Of a stretch of 64,000 nt of DNA, positions 1 to 11,428 are shown piece by piece. The position numbers and the translations under genes were made by a program. The notes under the pieces were generated by a model. That model did no database searches. It saw only the letters and a program-made list of their open reading frames with translations, and was not told the DNA's origin. Location: the NCBI RefSeq assembly GCF_036507355.1, contig NZ_AP027877.1. One strand, 5' to 3'. The DNA is from Escherichia coli. Its GTDB lineage: Bacteria > Pseudomonadota > Gammaproteobacteria > Enterobacterales > Enterobacteriaceae. The stretch's first letter is position 1. The number at the start of each line of letters is the position of its first letter.

Positions 1-228
1 CGTTCACCGAATACGTGCGCAACAACCGTCTTCCGGAGCCTGTCATACGCGTAAAACAGCCAGCGCTGGCGCGATTTAGCCCCGACATAGCCCCACTGTT
101 CGTCCATTTCCGCGCAGACGATGACGTCACTGCCCGGCTGTATGCGCGAGGTTACCGACTGCGGCCTGAGTTTTTTAAGTGACGTAAAATCGTGTTGAGG
201 CCAACGCCCATAATGCGGGCTGTTGCCC
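1..228 (-). CDS. insB: IS1 InsB (transposase part), 3' end beyond window; not in ORF track
   Basis: Reverse-strand translation from the ATG at 228..226 gives [78 protein letters not shown]..., running off the window start. Confidence 0.8.
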
Positions 229-427
229 GGCATCCAACGCCATTCATGGCCATATCAATGATTTTCTGGTGCGTACCGGGTTGAGAAGCGGTGTAAGTGA
301 ACTGCAGTTGCCATGTTTTACGGCAGTGAGAGCAGAGATAGCGCTGATGTCCGGCGGTGCTTTTGCCGTTACGCACCACCCCGTCAGTAGCTGAACAGGA
401 GGGACAGCTGATAGAAACAGAAGCCAC
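152..427 (-). CDS. insA: IS1 transposition protein InsA (91 aa)
   Basis: ORF-track protein [43 protein letters not shown]... with CxxC...CxxC zinc finger; recognised as IS1 InsA. Confidence 0.95.
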
Positions 428-468
428 TGGAGCACCTCAAAAACACCATCATACACTAAATCAGTAAG

Positions 469-1848
469 TTGGCAGCATCACCCCTTATTGGGGTTGTGGT
501 TATTGTGGGTGTAGCTCGCTACATCATTAAAGGGTATTCCGCCACTGGCGTGTTATTTGTCGGTGGCCTGTTATTGCTGATTATCAGTGCCATTATGGGG
601 CACAAAGTGTTACCGTCCAGCCAGGCTTCAACAGGCTACAGCGCCACGGATATTGTTGAATACGTTAAAATATTGCTAATGAGCCGCGGCGGCGACCTCG
701 GCATGATGATTATGATGCTGTGTGGCTTTGCCGCTTACATGACCCATATCGGCGCGAATGATATGGTGGTCAAGCTGGCGTCAAAACCATTGCAGTATAT
801 TAACTCCCCCTACCTGCTGATGATTGCCGCCTATTTTGTTGCCTGTCTGATGTCACTGGCCGTCTCTTCCGCAACCGGTCTGGGTGTTTTGCTGATGGCA
901 ACCCTGTTTCCGGTGATGGTAAACGTTGGTATCAGTCGTGGGGCAGCAGCTGCCATTTGTGCCTCCCCGGCGGCGATTATTCTCGCACCGACTTCAGGGG
1001 ATGTGGTGCTGGCGGCGCAAGCTTCCGAAATGTCGCTGATTGACTTCGCCTTCAAAACGACGCTGCCTATCTCAATTGCTGCAATTATCGGCATGGCGAT
1101 CGCCCACTTCTTCTGGCAACGTTATCTGGATAAAAAAGAGCACATATCTCATGAAATGTTAGATGTCAGTGAAATAACCACCACTGCCCCTGCGTTTTAT
1201 GCCATTTTGCCGTTCACGCCGATCATCGGGGTGCTGATTTTTGACGGCAAATGGGGTCCGCAATTACACATCATCACTATTCTGGTGATTTGTATGCTGA
1301 TTGCCTCCATTCTGGAGTTCCTCCGCAGCTTTAATACCCAGAAAGTTTTCTCTGGTCTGGAAGTGGCTTATCGCGGGATGGCAGATGCATTTGCAAACGT
1401 GGTGATGCTGCTGGTTGCCGCTGGGGTATTCGCTCAGGGGCTTAGCACCATCGGCTTTATTCAAAGTCTGATTTCTATCGCTACCTCGTTTGGTTCGGCG
1501 AGTATCATCCTGATGCTGGTATTGGTGATTCTGACAATGCTGGCGGCAGTCACGACCGGTTCAGGCAATGCGCCGTTTTATGCGTTTGTTGAGATGATCC
1601 CGAAACTGGCGCACTCTTCCGGCATTAACCCGGCGTATTTGACTATCCCGATGCTGCAGGCGTCAAACCTGGGTCGTACCCTATCACCCGTTTCTGGCGT
1701 AGTCGTTGCGGTTGCCGGGATGGCGAAAATCTCACCATTTGAAGTCGTAAAACGCACCTCGGTGCCGGTGCTTGTTGGTTTGGTGATTGTTATCGTTGCT
1801 ACAGAGCTGATGGTGCCAGGAACGGCAGCAGCGGTCACAGGCAAGTAA
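469..1848 (+). CDS. dcuC: C4-dicarboxylate transporter DcuC, 5' end disrupted by IS1; ORF opens at a TTG inside the IS1 end
   Basis: 459-aa ORF ...LIGVVVIVGVARYIIKGYSATGV... recognised as DcuC; it starts flush with the IS1 inverted repeat, so the native first codons and promoter are missing from this side. Confidence 0.85.
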   Translation: MAASPLIGVVVIVGVARYIIKGYSATGVLFVGGLLLLIISAIMGHKVLPSSQASTGYSATDIVEYVKILLMSRGGDLGMMIMMLCGFAAYMTHIGANDMVVKLASKPLQYINSPYLLMIAAYFVACLMSLAVSSATGLGVLLMATLFPVMVNVGISRGAAAAICASPAAIILAPTSGDVVLAAQASEMSLIDFAFKTTLPISIAAIIGMAIAHFFWQRYLDKKEHISHEMLDVSEITTTAPAFYAILPFTPIIGVLIFDGKWGPQLHIITILVICMLIASILEFLRSFNTQKVFSGLEVAYRGMADAFANVVMLLVAAGVFAQGLSTIGFIQSLISIATSFGSASIILMLVLVILTMLAAVTTGSGNAPFYAFVEMIPKLAHSSGINPAYLTIPMLQASNLGRTLSPVSGVVVAVAGMAKISPFEVVKRTSVPVLVGLVIVIVATELMVPGTAAAVTGK

Positions 1849-1856
1849 ATAGTAAT

Positions 1857-1885
1857 GCCGGAGGCAAGTTTCCTCCGGCTTTATC
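1857..1885. terminator. Hairpin GCCGGAGG-N7-CCTCCGGC followed by TTTATC, between convergent dcuC and dpiA
   Basis: Perfect 8-bp inverted repeat with a short T-run; sits between two convergent stop codons. Confidence 0.5.
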
Positions 1886-1888
1886 ATG

Positions 1889-2569
1889 TCACCCACTGTG
1901 GTATATGCGTTGCGGTCTGCCAACTTTGCCGTGAACAATTTCAGCAATAATCAGATGGCGGCTGGCGCAATATTCAAGATAACGCCTGGCAGTGGTGCGG
2001 CTGATGGTCAGTGCCTGCGCCACTGTTTCTGCCGTATGTTGCACACCCGGCTCTTTGAACAGTTTTCGCACCGCGTTTAGCGTCAAAGGGTCAATGCCGG
2101 TCGGCAGTTCGTCTTTGGGTTCACCGCGAGCATAGGCATTAAACATCTCATCAATTTGCTTCTGGCTGGCGCTATCAATACTTTCCAGCATATGTTTACG
2201 CTGGCGGAAACGGGTTAGCGTTTGCCCCAGCCGTTCATAGGCAATTGGCTTAATGAGATAATCAAATACACCACAACGTACGGCTTCAGACACCGTTTCC
2301 ATATCGCTGGCTGCAGTGGTAAACACCACGTCGCCGGGATAATGCGCCTGCACCAGTTCATGCAGTAAATTAATCCCTCTACCGTCAGGAAGATAGTTAT
2401 CGAGCAAGATTAGCCCCGGCTTAAAACGCTCGATCATCATTCGGGCCTGCGCCAGGTTTCCCGCCAGTAATATCTGACTGAATCCGGGAATGTGACGAAT
2501 ATATTCCGCATGCATCTCTGCCAGCGGCGTTTCGTCCTCAACGATCAATAGGGTTAATGGAGCTGTCAT
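1889..2569 (-). CDS. dpiA: Response regulator DpiA (CitB)
   Basis: 226-aa ORF MTAPLTLLIVEDETPLAEMHAEYIRH... with receiver domain; adjacent and overlapping dpiB. Confidence 0.93.
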   Translation of the reverse strand: MTAPLTLLIVEDETPLAEMHAEYIRHIPGFSQILLAGNLAQARMMIERFKPGLILLDNYLPDGRGINLLHELVQAHYPGDVVFTTAASDMETVSEAVRCGVFDYLIKPIAYERLGQTLTRFRQRKHMLESIDSASQKQIDEMFNAYARGEPKDELPTGIDPLTLNAVRKLFKEPGVQHTAETVAQALTISRTTARRYLEYCASRHLIIAEIVHGKVGRPQRIYHSG

Positions 2570-4196
2570 TAGGTTTCACTTTCGGAATATAGATTGAAAA
2601 TAAGGTACCGCAGGGATCATTATCTTCGAGAGTGATAACACCACCGCAGCGCGTTACGTAGCTGGCAATCAAGTACAACCCAATGCCATGTTCACCGGGC
2701 TCGTCAGCACGCGTACTGACCCCCTGCTCAAATATTTTGTCTCGTAGAGACTCTGGAACGCCGCAGCCCTGATCGGCGACTTCAATCACCACATCATCGC
2801 CTTCATCGCTGAGGAATAATTCAACGATCTTGTTTCCTTCATCGCTACGCAGGCTGGCTTCGAAGGCGTTATCAAGTAAATTTCCCACAATGGCGGCAAA
2901 CTCGGTGCTATCCAGTCCTGGCGGCAGTTGCGAAAGCTGGCTACCGGGGACGATGATCATTTTTAGCCCCAGTTCGCGGGCGCGCTGCACTTTACCAAAA
3001 AGCAGCCCCGCCACCTGGCGATCGGCAAACGCCTCGCGCAGGCTGTCAATAAGCTGTTGCTGGGCCTGAGACTCCCCCTGCACCATCGCCAGCACGCGAT
3101 CATACTCTTTCATCTGCAACAGACCATTGAGCGTCGACATCCAATTGAGATGCTCGTGTCGCAATGTACGAAGGCTCTCGACGTATTGTTTTATTTGCGT
3201 CAGTTGCGCATTGAGGGTGGAAATTTCGTCTTTACTACGAAAGCTGATAATGGCCCCCAGCAAATCATCACCTGAACGAATAGCTTCCCGATTGGCAATA
3301 ACGCTCAGACCGTTAAAGTTAGCCACCACATCCTGACGTTTTTCATCAATCTGTTCGGTAAAGAAATCGGCGGGCCTGACCACTTCAGCAATGGGTTTAC
3401 CCAACCATTGCCGTCCGGGGGAACTCAGCCCCAGCATCTTTCTTGCGTTACGATTGATGGCGGTAATGTAACCGTGCGGATCCACCGCAATCAGCCCTTC
3501 ATAAACCGAACTAAACAGCGCCTCTTGCTGACGGACCACGCGTGCGATTTGCTTTGGCTCCATGCCCATCATCTGCCGACGGATATGCGCGGCCAGGAAC
3601 CACGACAGCAACATCAGAATCCCTAACAGCACGACAAACACACCTGCCATCGGTAATAAAAACTCAGCCCGCCAGCTATCGATTTTACTCACCAGGTAGC
3701 CAATCGACACCACGCCGATGACTTTTCCATCGTCATCAAAGATTGGCGTTTTGGCGCGCATCGCCATACCCATTGACCCTTTCCCGGTAATGAAGTAGCT
3801 CTCCCCTTTCTCCAGCGCGCCCTGTTTGGTGAACTGCATAGGATAACCAATTTTCTCCGGATTAGGATGGTAAAGGCGGATCGAGTGCCGGTCGCCAATC
3901 ACCACATAATCAAAATCGGTATCTCTTTGTAATTTGTTAGCGATGGTCGCCAGCCGTTTGTAGTCACGCGTTTTCACCGTAGAGATGACACTGTCATTGG
4001 AGGCAATAATTTTCGCCTGATTCATTGCCATGTCGCGTACATGAAGCGTTAAATAGTCCTCAAAACTGGCCGTAAAATATTGCGCCAGGGCTGCAATGAC
4101 AAATATTGAGAACACCAGAATCAGCAAAAAGATACGCAGCGGAAATGCCAGTCTTTGGAAAAATGCAAACTGTTTATTCTCGTTAAGCTGCAACAT
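2538..4196 (-). CDS. dpiB: Sensor histidine kinase DpiB (CitA)
   Basis: ORF 2538..4256; start trimmed to the internal Met (MLQLNENKQFAFF...) matching the recalled DpiB N-terminus; histidine kinase motifs in the C-terminal half. Confidence 0.9.
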   Translation of the reverse strand: MLQLNENKQFAFFQRLAFPLRIFLLILVFSIFVIAALAQYFTASFEDYLTLHVRDMAMNQAKIIASNDSVISTVKTRDYKRLATIANKLQRDTDFDYVVIGDRHSIRLYHPNPEKIGYPMQFTKQGALEKGESYFITGKGSMGMAMRAKTPIFDDDGKVIGVVSIGYLVSKIDSWRAEFLLPMAGVFVVLLGILMLLSWFLAAHIRRQMMGMEPKQIARVVRQQEALFSSVYEGLIAVDPHGYITAINRNARKMLGLSSPGRQWLGKPIAEVVRPADFFTEQIDEKRQDVVANFNGLSVIANREAIRSGDDLLGAIISFRSKDEISTLNAQLTQIKQYVESLRTLRHEHLNWMSTLNGLLQMKEYDRVLAMVQGESQAQQQLIDSLREAFADRQVAGLLFGKVQRARELGLKMIIVPGSQLSQLPPGLDSTEFAAIVGNLLDNAFEASLRSDEGNKIVELFLSDEGDDVVIEVADQGCGVPESLRDKIFEQGVSTRADEPGEHGIGLYLIASYVTRCGGVITLEDNDPCGTLFSIYIPKVKPNDSSINPIDR

Positions 4197-4256
4197 TGTT
4201 TTCCTTGCGGGTTGTCCCGAGCCTCTTTGACGGATGTAATTAAAATGTTGAATCAA

Positions 4257-4575
4257 AATACATAGATATTAATTATAATCGTGGCAAATTTTATTCATTA
4301 AATCAATTAAATCACTTAAACCTGCGGGTCATTTCGTAATTACATTAATTAAAAAACTTAAAACCATTAAATAAATAAAAAACCACTAACTCTATGTGAA
4401 ATAAATCAAAATTTCACGCCAAAATACTCCTTAGGATGTATAGCGAAAGGAGAAAAAGATATACCTCGATCACCCCCCTTTCTCCCAAGTGAAAATAAAA
4501 GGTTATCAGTTTGCAACATTGAACAACATTCGTTGCAAATCGATAACAACATGCACCTTCAGGATACTATTTATT
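4257..4575. promoter_or_regulatory. AT-rich divergent control region between dpiBA and citCDEFXG
   Basis: About 320 bp of strongly AT-rich DNA between two divergent starts; DpiA-dependent control of citC is established knowledge; exact sites not mapped here. Confidence 0.5.
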
Positions 4576-5634
4576 ATGTTCGGCAATGATATTTTCACCC
4601 GCGTAAAACGTTCAGAAAATAAAAAAATGGCGGAAATCGCCCAATTCCTGCATGAAAATGATTTGAGCGTTGACACCACAGTCGAAGTATTTATTACCGT
4701 AACCCGCGATGAAAAGCTTATCGCGTGCGGTGGAATTGCCGGAAATATTATTAAATGCGTTGCTATCAGTGAATCCGTTCGCGGTGAAGGACTGGCGCTG
4801 ACATTAGCCACTGAACTGATAAACCTCGCCTATGAGCGGCACAGCACGCATCTGTTTATTTATACCAAAACCGAATACGAGGCGCTGTTCCGCCAGTGCG
4901 GTTTTTCCACGTTGACCAGCGTACCAGGCGTGATGGTGCTGATGGAAAACAGCGCCACGCGATTGAAACGCTATGCCGAATCGCTGAAAAAATTTCGTCA
5001 TCCAGGGAACAAGATTGGCTGCATTGTGATGAACGCCAATCCCTTTACGAAGGGTCACCGTTATCTGATTCAACAGGCTGCGGCACAGTGCGACTGGTTG
5101 CATCTGTTTTTAGTCAAAGAAGATTCTTCACGCTTCCCCTATGAAGACCGGCTGGATCTGGTGTTAAAAGGCACCGCCGATATTCCACGCCTGACTGTGC
5201 ATCGCGGCTCCGAATACATCATCTCCCGCGCTACGTTCCCTTGCTACTTCATTAAAGAACAGAGCGTCATTAACCATTGTTACACCGAAATTGATTTGAA
5301 GATTTTCCGTCAGTACCTCGCTCCCGCGCTGGGTGTAACTCACCGCTTTGTCGGTACTGAACCCTTTTGTCGCGTTACCGCCCAGTACAACCAGGATATG
5401 CGCTACTGGCTGGAAACGCCGACTATCTCCGCACCGCCCATCGAACTGGTTGAAATTGAGCGGCTGCGTTACCAGGAGATGCCGATATCCGCTTCCCGGG
5501 TACGTCAACTGCTGGCGAAAAACGATCTCACGGCTATCGCGCCGCTGGTCCCTGCAGTCACGCTGCATTATTTGCAGAACCTGCTTGAGCACTCCCGCCA
5601 GGACGCGGCAGCTCGTCAAAAGACCCCCGCATGA
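4576..5634 (+). CDS. citC: [Citrate (pro-3S)-lyase] ligase CitC
   Basis: ORF 4489..5634 trimmed to MFGNDIFTRVKRSENKK...; first gene of the cit operon. Confidence 0.92.
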   Translation: MFGNDIFTRVKRSENKKMAEIAQFLHENDLSVDTTVEVFITVTRDEKLIACGGIAGNIIKCVAISESVRGEGLALTLATELINLAYERHSTHLFIYTKTEYEALFRQCGFSTLTSVPGVMVLMENSATRLKRYAESLKKFRHPGNKIGCIVMNANPFTKGHRYLIQQAAAQCDWLHLFLVKEDSSRFPYEDRLDLVLKGTADIPRLTVHRGSEYIISRATFPCYFIKEQSVINHCYTEIDLKIFRQYLAPALGVTHRFVGTEPFCRVTAQYNQDMRYWLETPTISAPPIELVEIERLRYQEMPISASRVRQLLAKNDLTAIAPLVPAVTLHYLQNLLEHSRQDAAARQKTPA

Positions 5635-5648
5635 GAAACAGGTGAAAA

Positions 5649-5945
5649 ATGAAAATAAACCAGCCCGCCGTTGCAGGCACCCTTGAGTCTGGGGATGTGA
5701 TGATACGCATCGCCCCACTCGATACGCAGGATATCGACCTGCAAATCAATAGCAGCGTTGAGAAACAGTTTGGCGATGCAATTCGCACCACCATTCTGGA
5801 CGTTCTCGCCCGCTACAACGTGCGCGGCGTACAGCTGAATGTCGATGACAAAGGCGCACTGGACTGCATTTTACGTGCACGACTGGAAGCCCTGCTGGCA
5901 CGCGCCAGCGGTATCCCGGCTCTGCCATGGGAGGATTGCCAATGA
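5649..5945 (+). CDS. citD: Citrate lyase acyl carrier protein (gamma subunit) CitD
   Basis: 98-aa [28 protein letters not shown]... Confidence 0.93.
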
Positions 5946-6850
5946 TTTCCGCTTCGCTGCAACAACGTAAAACTCGCACCCGCCGCAGCATGTTGTTTGT
6001 GCCTGGTGCCAATGCCGCGATGGTCAGCAACTCCTTCATCTACCCGGCTGATGCCCTGATGTTTGACCTCGAAGACTCCGTGGCATTACGTGAAAAAGAC
6101 ACCGCCCGCCGCATGGTTTATCACGCGCTGCAACATCCGCTGTATCGTGATATTGAAACCATTGTGCGTGTCAACGCGCTGGATTCCGAATGGGGTGTTA
6201 ACGACCTTGAAGCCGTCGTTCGCGGTGGTGCGGACGTTGTGCGTCTGCCGAAAACCGATACCGCTCAGGATGTTCTGGATATTGAAAAAGAGATCCTGCG
6301 TATCGAAAAAGCCTGTGGTCGTGAACCCGGCAGCACCGGCCTGCTGGCAGCGATTGAATCTCCGCTGGGCATTACCCGCGCAGTGGAAATCGCTCACGCT
6401 TCCGAGCGTTTGATCGGTATCGCCCTCGGTGCAGAAGACTATGTGCGCAACCTGCGTACAGAACGCTCCCCGGAAGGAACTGAACTGCTGTTCGCACGCT
6501 GTTCCATTTTGCAGGCCGCGCGCTCTGCGGGTATTCAGGCGTTCGATACCGTCTATTCCGACGCTAACAACGAAGCCGGATTCCTGCAAGAAGCCGCCCA
6601 CATCAAACAGCTGGGCTTTGACGGCAAATCGCTGATCAACCCGCGTCAGATTGATCTGCTGCACAACCTCTACGCACCGACCCAGAAAGAAGTGGATCAC
6701 GCCCGCCGCGTCGTAGAAGCCGCTGAAGCCGCCGCTCGCGAAGGCCTCGGCGTGGTTTCCCTGAACGGCAAGATGGTGGACGGTCCGGTTATCGATCGCG
6801 CCCGTCTGGTGCTCTCCCGTGCAGAACTTTCCGGCATCCGCGAAGAATAA
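5942..6850 (+). CDS. citE: Citrate lyase beta subunit CitE
   Basis: ORF 5927..6850 trimmed to [24 protein letters not shown]...; start overlaps the citD stop by 4 nt. Confidence 0.93.
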
Positions 6851-6860
6851 GGCAATCAAA

Positions 6861-8393
6861 ATGACGCAGAAAATTGAACAATCTCAACGACAAGAACGGG
6901 TAGCGGCCTGGAATCGTCGCGCTGAATGCGATCTTGCCGCTTTCCAGAACTCGCCAAAGCAAACCTACCAGGCTGAAAAAGCGCGCGATCGCAAACTGTG
7001 CGCCAACCTGGAAGAAGCGATTCGTCGCTCTGGTTTACAGGACGGCATGACGGTTTCCTTCCATCACGCTTTCCGTGGCGGTGACCTGACCGTCAATATG
7101 GTGATGGACGTCATCGCGAAGATGGGCTTTAAAAACCTGACCCTGGCGTCCAGCTCCCTGAGTGATTGCCATGCGCCGCTGGTAGAACACATTCGCCAGG
7201 GCGTGGTTACCCGCATTTATACCTCCGGCCTGCGTGGTCCACTGGCGGAAGAGATCTCCCGTGGTCTGCTGGCAGAACCGGTGCAGATCCACTCTCACGG
7301 CGGTCGTGTGCATCTGGTACAGAGCGGCGAACTGAATATCGACGTGGCTTTCCTCGGCGTCCCGTCCTGTGATGAATTCGGTAATGCCAACGGCTACACC
7401 GGTAAAGCCTGCTGCGGCTCCCTCGGCTATGCAATGGTTGATGCCGACAACGCAAAACAGGTCGTGATGCTTACCGAAGAACTGCTGCCTTATCCGCATA
7501 ATCCGGCAAGCATTGAACAAGATCAGGTTGATCTGATCGTCAAAGTTGATCGCGTTGGCGATGCTGCAAAAATCGGCGCTGGTGCGACCCGTATGACCAC
7601 TAACCCGCGCGAACTGCTTATTGCCCGTAGCGCTGCGGATGTGATTGTCAACTCTGGCTACTTCAAAGAAGGTTTCTCTATGCAAACCGGTACCGGTGGC
7701 GCATCGCTGGCGGTAACCCGTTTCCTGGAAGACAAAATGCGTAGCCGCGATATTCGCGCCGACTTCGCCCTCGGCGGTATTACCGCGACGATGGTTGATC
7801 TGCACGAAAAAGGTCTAATCCGCAAACTGCTGGATGTGCAGAGCTTTGACAGCCACGCTGCGCAATCGCTGGCCCGTAACCCCAATCACATCGAAATCAG
7901 CGCCAACCAGTACGCTAACTGGGGTTCGAAAGGTGCATCAGTTGATCGTCTCGACGTGGTGGTACTGAGCGCGCTGGAAATTGACACCCAGTTCAACGTT
8001 AACGTGCTGACCGGCTCTGACGGCGTACTGCGTGGTGCTTCCGGTGGTCACTGCGATACCGCGATTGCCTCTGCGCTTTCCATCATCGTCGCGCCGCTGG
8101 TACGCGGTCGTATTCCGACTCTGGTGGATAACGTGCTGACCTGCATCACCCCAGGCTCCAGTGTCGATATTCTGGTCACAGACCACGGTATCGCAGTTAA
8201 CCCGGCACGTCCGGAACTGGCAGAACGTCTGCAGGAAGCGGGCATTAAAGTGGTTTCCATTGAGTGGCTGCGCGAACGCGCGCGTCTGCTGACCGGTGAA
8301 CCACAGCCGATTGAATTCACCGACCGCGTCGTTGCCGTTGTGCGTTACCGCGATGGCTCGGTGATCGATGTTGTGCATCAGGTGAAGGAATAA
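6861..8393 (+). CDS. citF: Citrate lyase alpha subunit CitF
   Basis: ORF 6819..8393 trimmed to MTQKIEQSQRQERVAAWNRR... Confidence 0.93.
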   Translation: MTQKIEQSQRQERVAAWNRRAECDLAAFQNSPKQTYQAEKARDRKLCANLEEAIRRSGLQDGMTVSFHHAFRGGDLTVNMVMDVIAKMGFKNLTLASSSLSDCHAPLVEHIRQGVVTRIYTSGLRGPLAEEISRGLLAEPVQIHSHGGRVHLVQSGELNIDVAFLGVPSCDEFGNANGYTGKACCGSLGYAMVDADNAKQVVMLTEELLPYPHNPASIEQDQVDLIVKVDRVGDAAKIGAGATRMTTNPRELLIARSAADVIVNSGYFKEGFSMQTGTGGASLAVTRFLEDKMRSRDIRADFALGGITATMVDLHEKGLIRKLLDVQSFDSHAAQSLARNPNHIEISANQYANWGSKGASVDRLDVVVLSALEIDTQFNVNVLTGSDGVLRGASGGHCDTAIASALSIIVAPLVRGRIPTLVDNVLTCITPGSSVDILVTDHGIAVNPARPELAERLQEAGIKVVSIEWLRERARLLTGEPQPIEFTDRVVAVVRYRDGSVIDVVHQVKE

Positions 8394-8396
8394 GCC

Positions 8397-9801
<1,405 letters not shown>

Positions 9802-9851
9802 TTATTTAAGCACTTGATAAATTTTGAAATATTAATTTTCGGAGAACCCGT

Positions 9852-11315
9852 ATGTCTTTAGCAAAAGATAATATATGGAAACTATTGGCCCCACTGGTGG
9901 TGATGGGCGTCATGTTCCTTATCCCTGTCCCCGACGGTATGCCGCCGCAGGCATGGCATTACTTCGCTGTGTTTGTGGCAATGATTGTCGGCATGATCCT
10001 CGAGCCAATTCCGGCAACAGCGATCAGTTTTATTGCGGTTACTATTTGCGTTATTGGCAGTAATTACCTGCTCTTTGATGCCAAAGAATTAGCTGACCCA
10101 GCGTTTAATGCGCAAAAACAGGCGCTGAAATGGGGTCTGGCTGGTTTTGCCAGCACCACGGTATGGCTGGTATTTGGCGCATTTATTTTTGCATTAGGGT
10201 ATGAAGTTTCCGGGTTAGGTCGTCGCATTGCCCTTTTCCTGGTGAAATTCATGGGCAAACGCACGCTGACGTTGGGTTATGCGATTGTCATTATCGACAT
10301 TCTGCTGGCACCGTTTACACCGTCCAACACCGCGCGTACCGGGGGTACGGTTTTTCCGGTCATTAAAAACCTGCCGCCGTTGTTTAAATCATTCCCGAAC
10401 GATCCGTCCGCGCGTCGTATTGGCGGCTATTTGATGTGGATGATGGTCATTAGTACCAGTCTGAGTTCGTCCATGTTTGTCACCGGTGCGGCACCAAACG
10501 TGCTGGGTCTGGAGTTCGTCAGCAAAATTGCCGGTATCCAGATTAGCTGGTTGCAGTGGTTCCTCTGCTTCCTGCCGGTTGGGGTTATCTTGCTTATCAT
10601 TGCGCCGTGGCTTTCCTACGTGCTGTACAAACCGGAAATCACACACAGTGAAGAAGTGGCAACCTGGGCGGGTGATGAACTGAAAACCATGGGTGCGCTG
10701 ACACGCAGAGAGTGGACACTGATTGGCCTTGTATTGCTCAGCTTAGGTTTGTGGGTATTTGGCAGTGAAGTCATTAATGCTACTGCGGTTGGTCTGCTGG
10801 CAGTTTCGCTAATGCTGGCCCTGCACGTTGTGCCGTGGAAAGACATTACCCGCTATAACAGCGCATGGAACACGCTGGTCAACCTGGCAACTCTGGTTGT
10901 GATGGCTAACGGCCTGACTCGTTCTGGTTTTATTGACTGGTTCGCCGGTACCATGAGTACGCACCTGGAAGGATTCTCACCAAACGCAACGGTGATTGTA
11001 CTGGTTCTGGTGTTCTACTTTGCACACTACCTGTTTGCCAGCCTGTCTGCGCACACCGCAACCATGCTGCCGGTTATTCTGGCCGTCGGTAAAGGTATTC
11101 CGGGCGTACCAATGGAACAACTGTGTATCCTGCTGGTGCTGTCTATCGGTATCATGGGCTGTCTGACGCCGTATGCAACCGGTCCTGGGGTGATTATTTA
11201 CGGCTGTGGCTATGTGAAATCAAAAGATTACTGGCGTCTTGGCGCAATCTTCGGGGTGATTTACATCTCTATGTTGCTGTTGGTTGGCTGGCCGATTCTC
11301 GCCATGTGGAACTAA
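9852..11315 (+). CDS. citT: Citrate/succinate antiporter CitT
   Basis: 487-aa multi-pass membrane ORF MSLAKDNIWKLLAPLVVMGVMFLIP... Confidence 0.93.
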   Translation: MSLAKDNIWKLLAPLVVMGVMFLIPVPDGMPPQAWHYFAVFVAMIVGMILEPIPATAISFIAVTICVIGSNYLLFDAKELADPAFNAQKQALKWGLAGFASTTVWLVFGAFIFALGYEVSGLGRRIALFLVKFMGKRTLTLGYAIVIIDILLAPFTPSNTARTGGTVFPVIKNLPPLFKSFPNDPSARRIGGYLMWMMVISTSLSSSMFVTGAAPNVLGLEFVSKIAGIQISWLQWFLCFLPVGVILLIIAPWLSYVLYKPEITHSEEVATWAGDELKTMGALTRREWTLIGLVLLSLGLWVFGSEVINATAVGLLAVSLMLALHVVPWKDITRYNSAWNTLVNLATLVVMANGLTRSGFIDWFAGTMSTHLEGFSPNATVIVLVLVFYFAHYLFASLSAHTATMLPVILAVGKGIPGVPMEQLCILLVLSIGIMGCLTPYATGPGVIIYGCGYVKSKDYWRLGAIFGVIYISMLLLVGWPILAMWN

Positions 11316-11347
11316 TACGTTCGCCAAACGCTGAATAAATCATCACG

Positions 11348-11381
11348 CCCGCCAGGTAAGCCCACCTGGCGGGCTTTTTTA
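11348..11381 (+). terminator. Rho-independent terminator after citT
   Basis: CCCGCCAGGT-AAGCCC-ACCTGGCGGG perfect 10-bp stem followed by CTTTTTTAT. Confidence 0.6.
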
Positions 11382-11428
11382 TGATTTAATAGATAGTATT
11401 CAGTGTATGTATGAGTTCCACACCCATT

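Larger units (their letters stand above)
1..482 (-). mobile_element. IS1 insertion sequence, partial (window begins inside the element); terminal inverted repeat at 460..482
   Basis: Reverse complement of 460..482 is GGTGATGCTGCCAACTTACTGAT, the IS1 terminal inverted repeat; insA ORF 152..427 sits at the expected offset from the end; insB frame continues to the window edge. Confidence 0.93.

Noticed and set aside
4489-4575. 5' extension of the citC ORF (MKIKGYQFATLNNIRCKSITTCTFRILFI...)
   Set aside because: The extension lies in the AT-rich divergent promoter region; the internal ATG at 4576 gives the recognisable CitC N-terminus.
6086-7805. Long minus-strand ORFs (6086..6859, 257 aa; 7035..7805, 256 aa) antisense to citE and citF
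   Set aside because: They lie entirely inside confidently identified sense-strand genes, have Arg/Gly/Ala-rich low-complexity translations typical of antisense frames in GC-rich coding DNA, and have no ribosome-binding site context.
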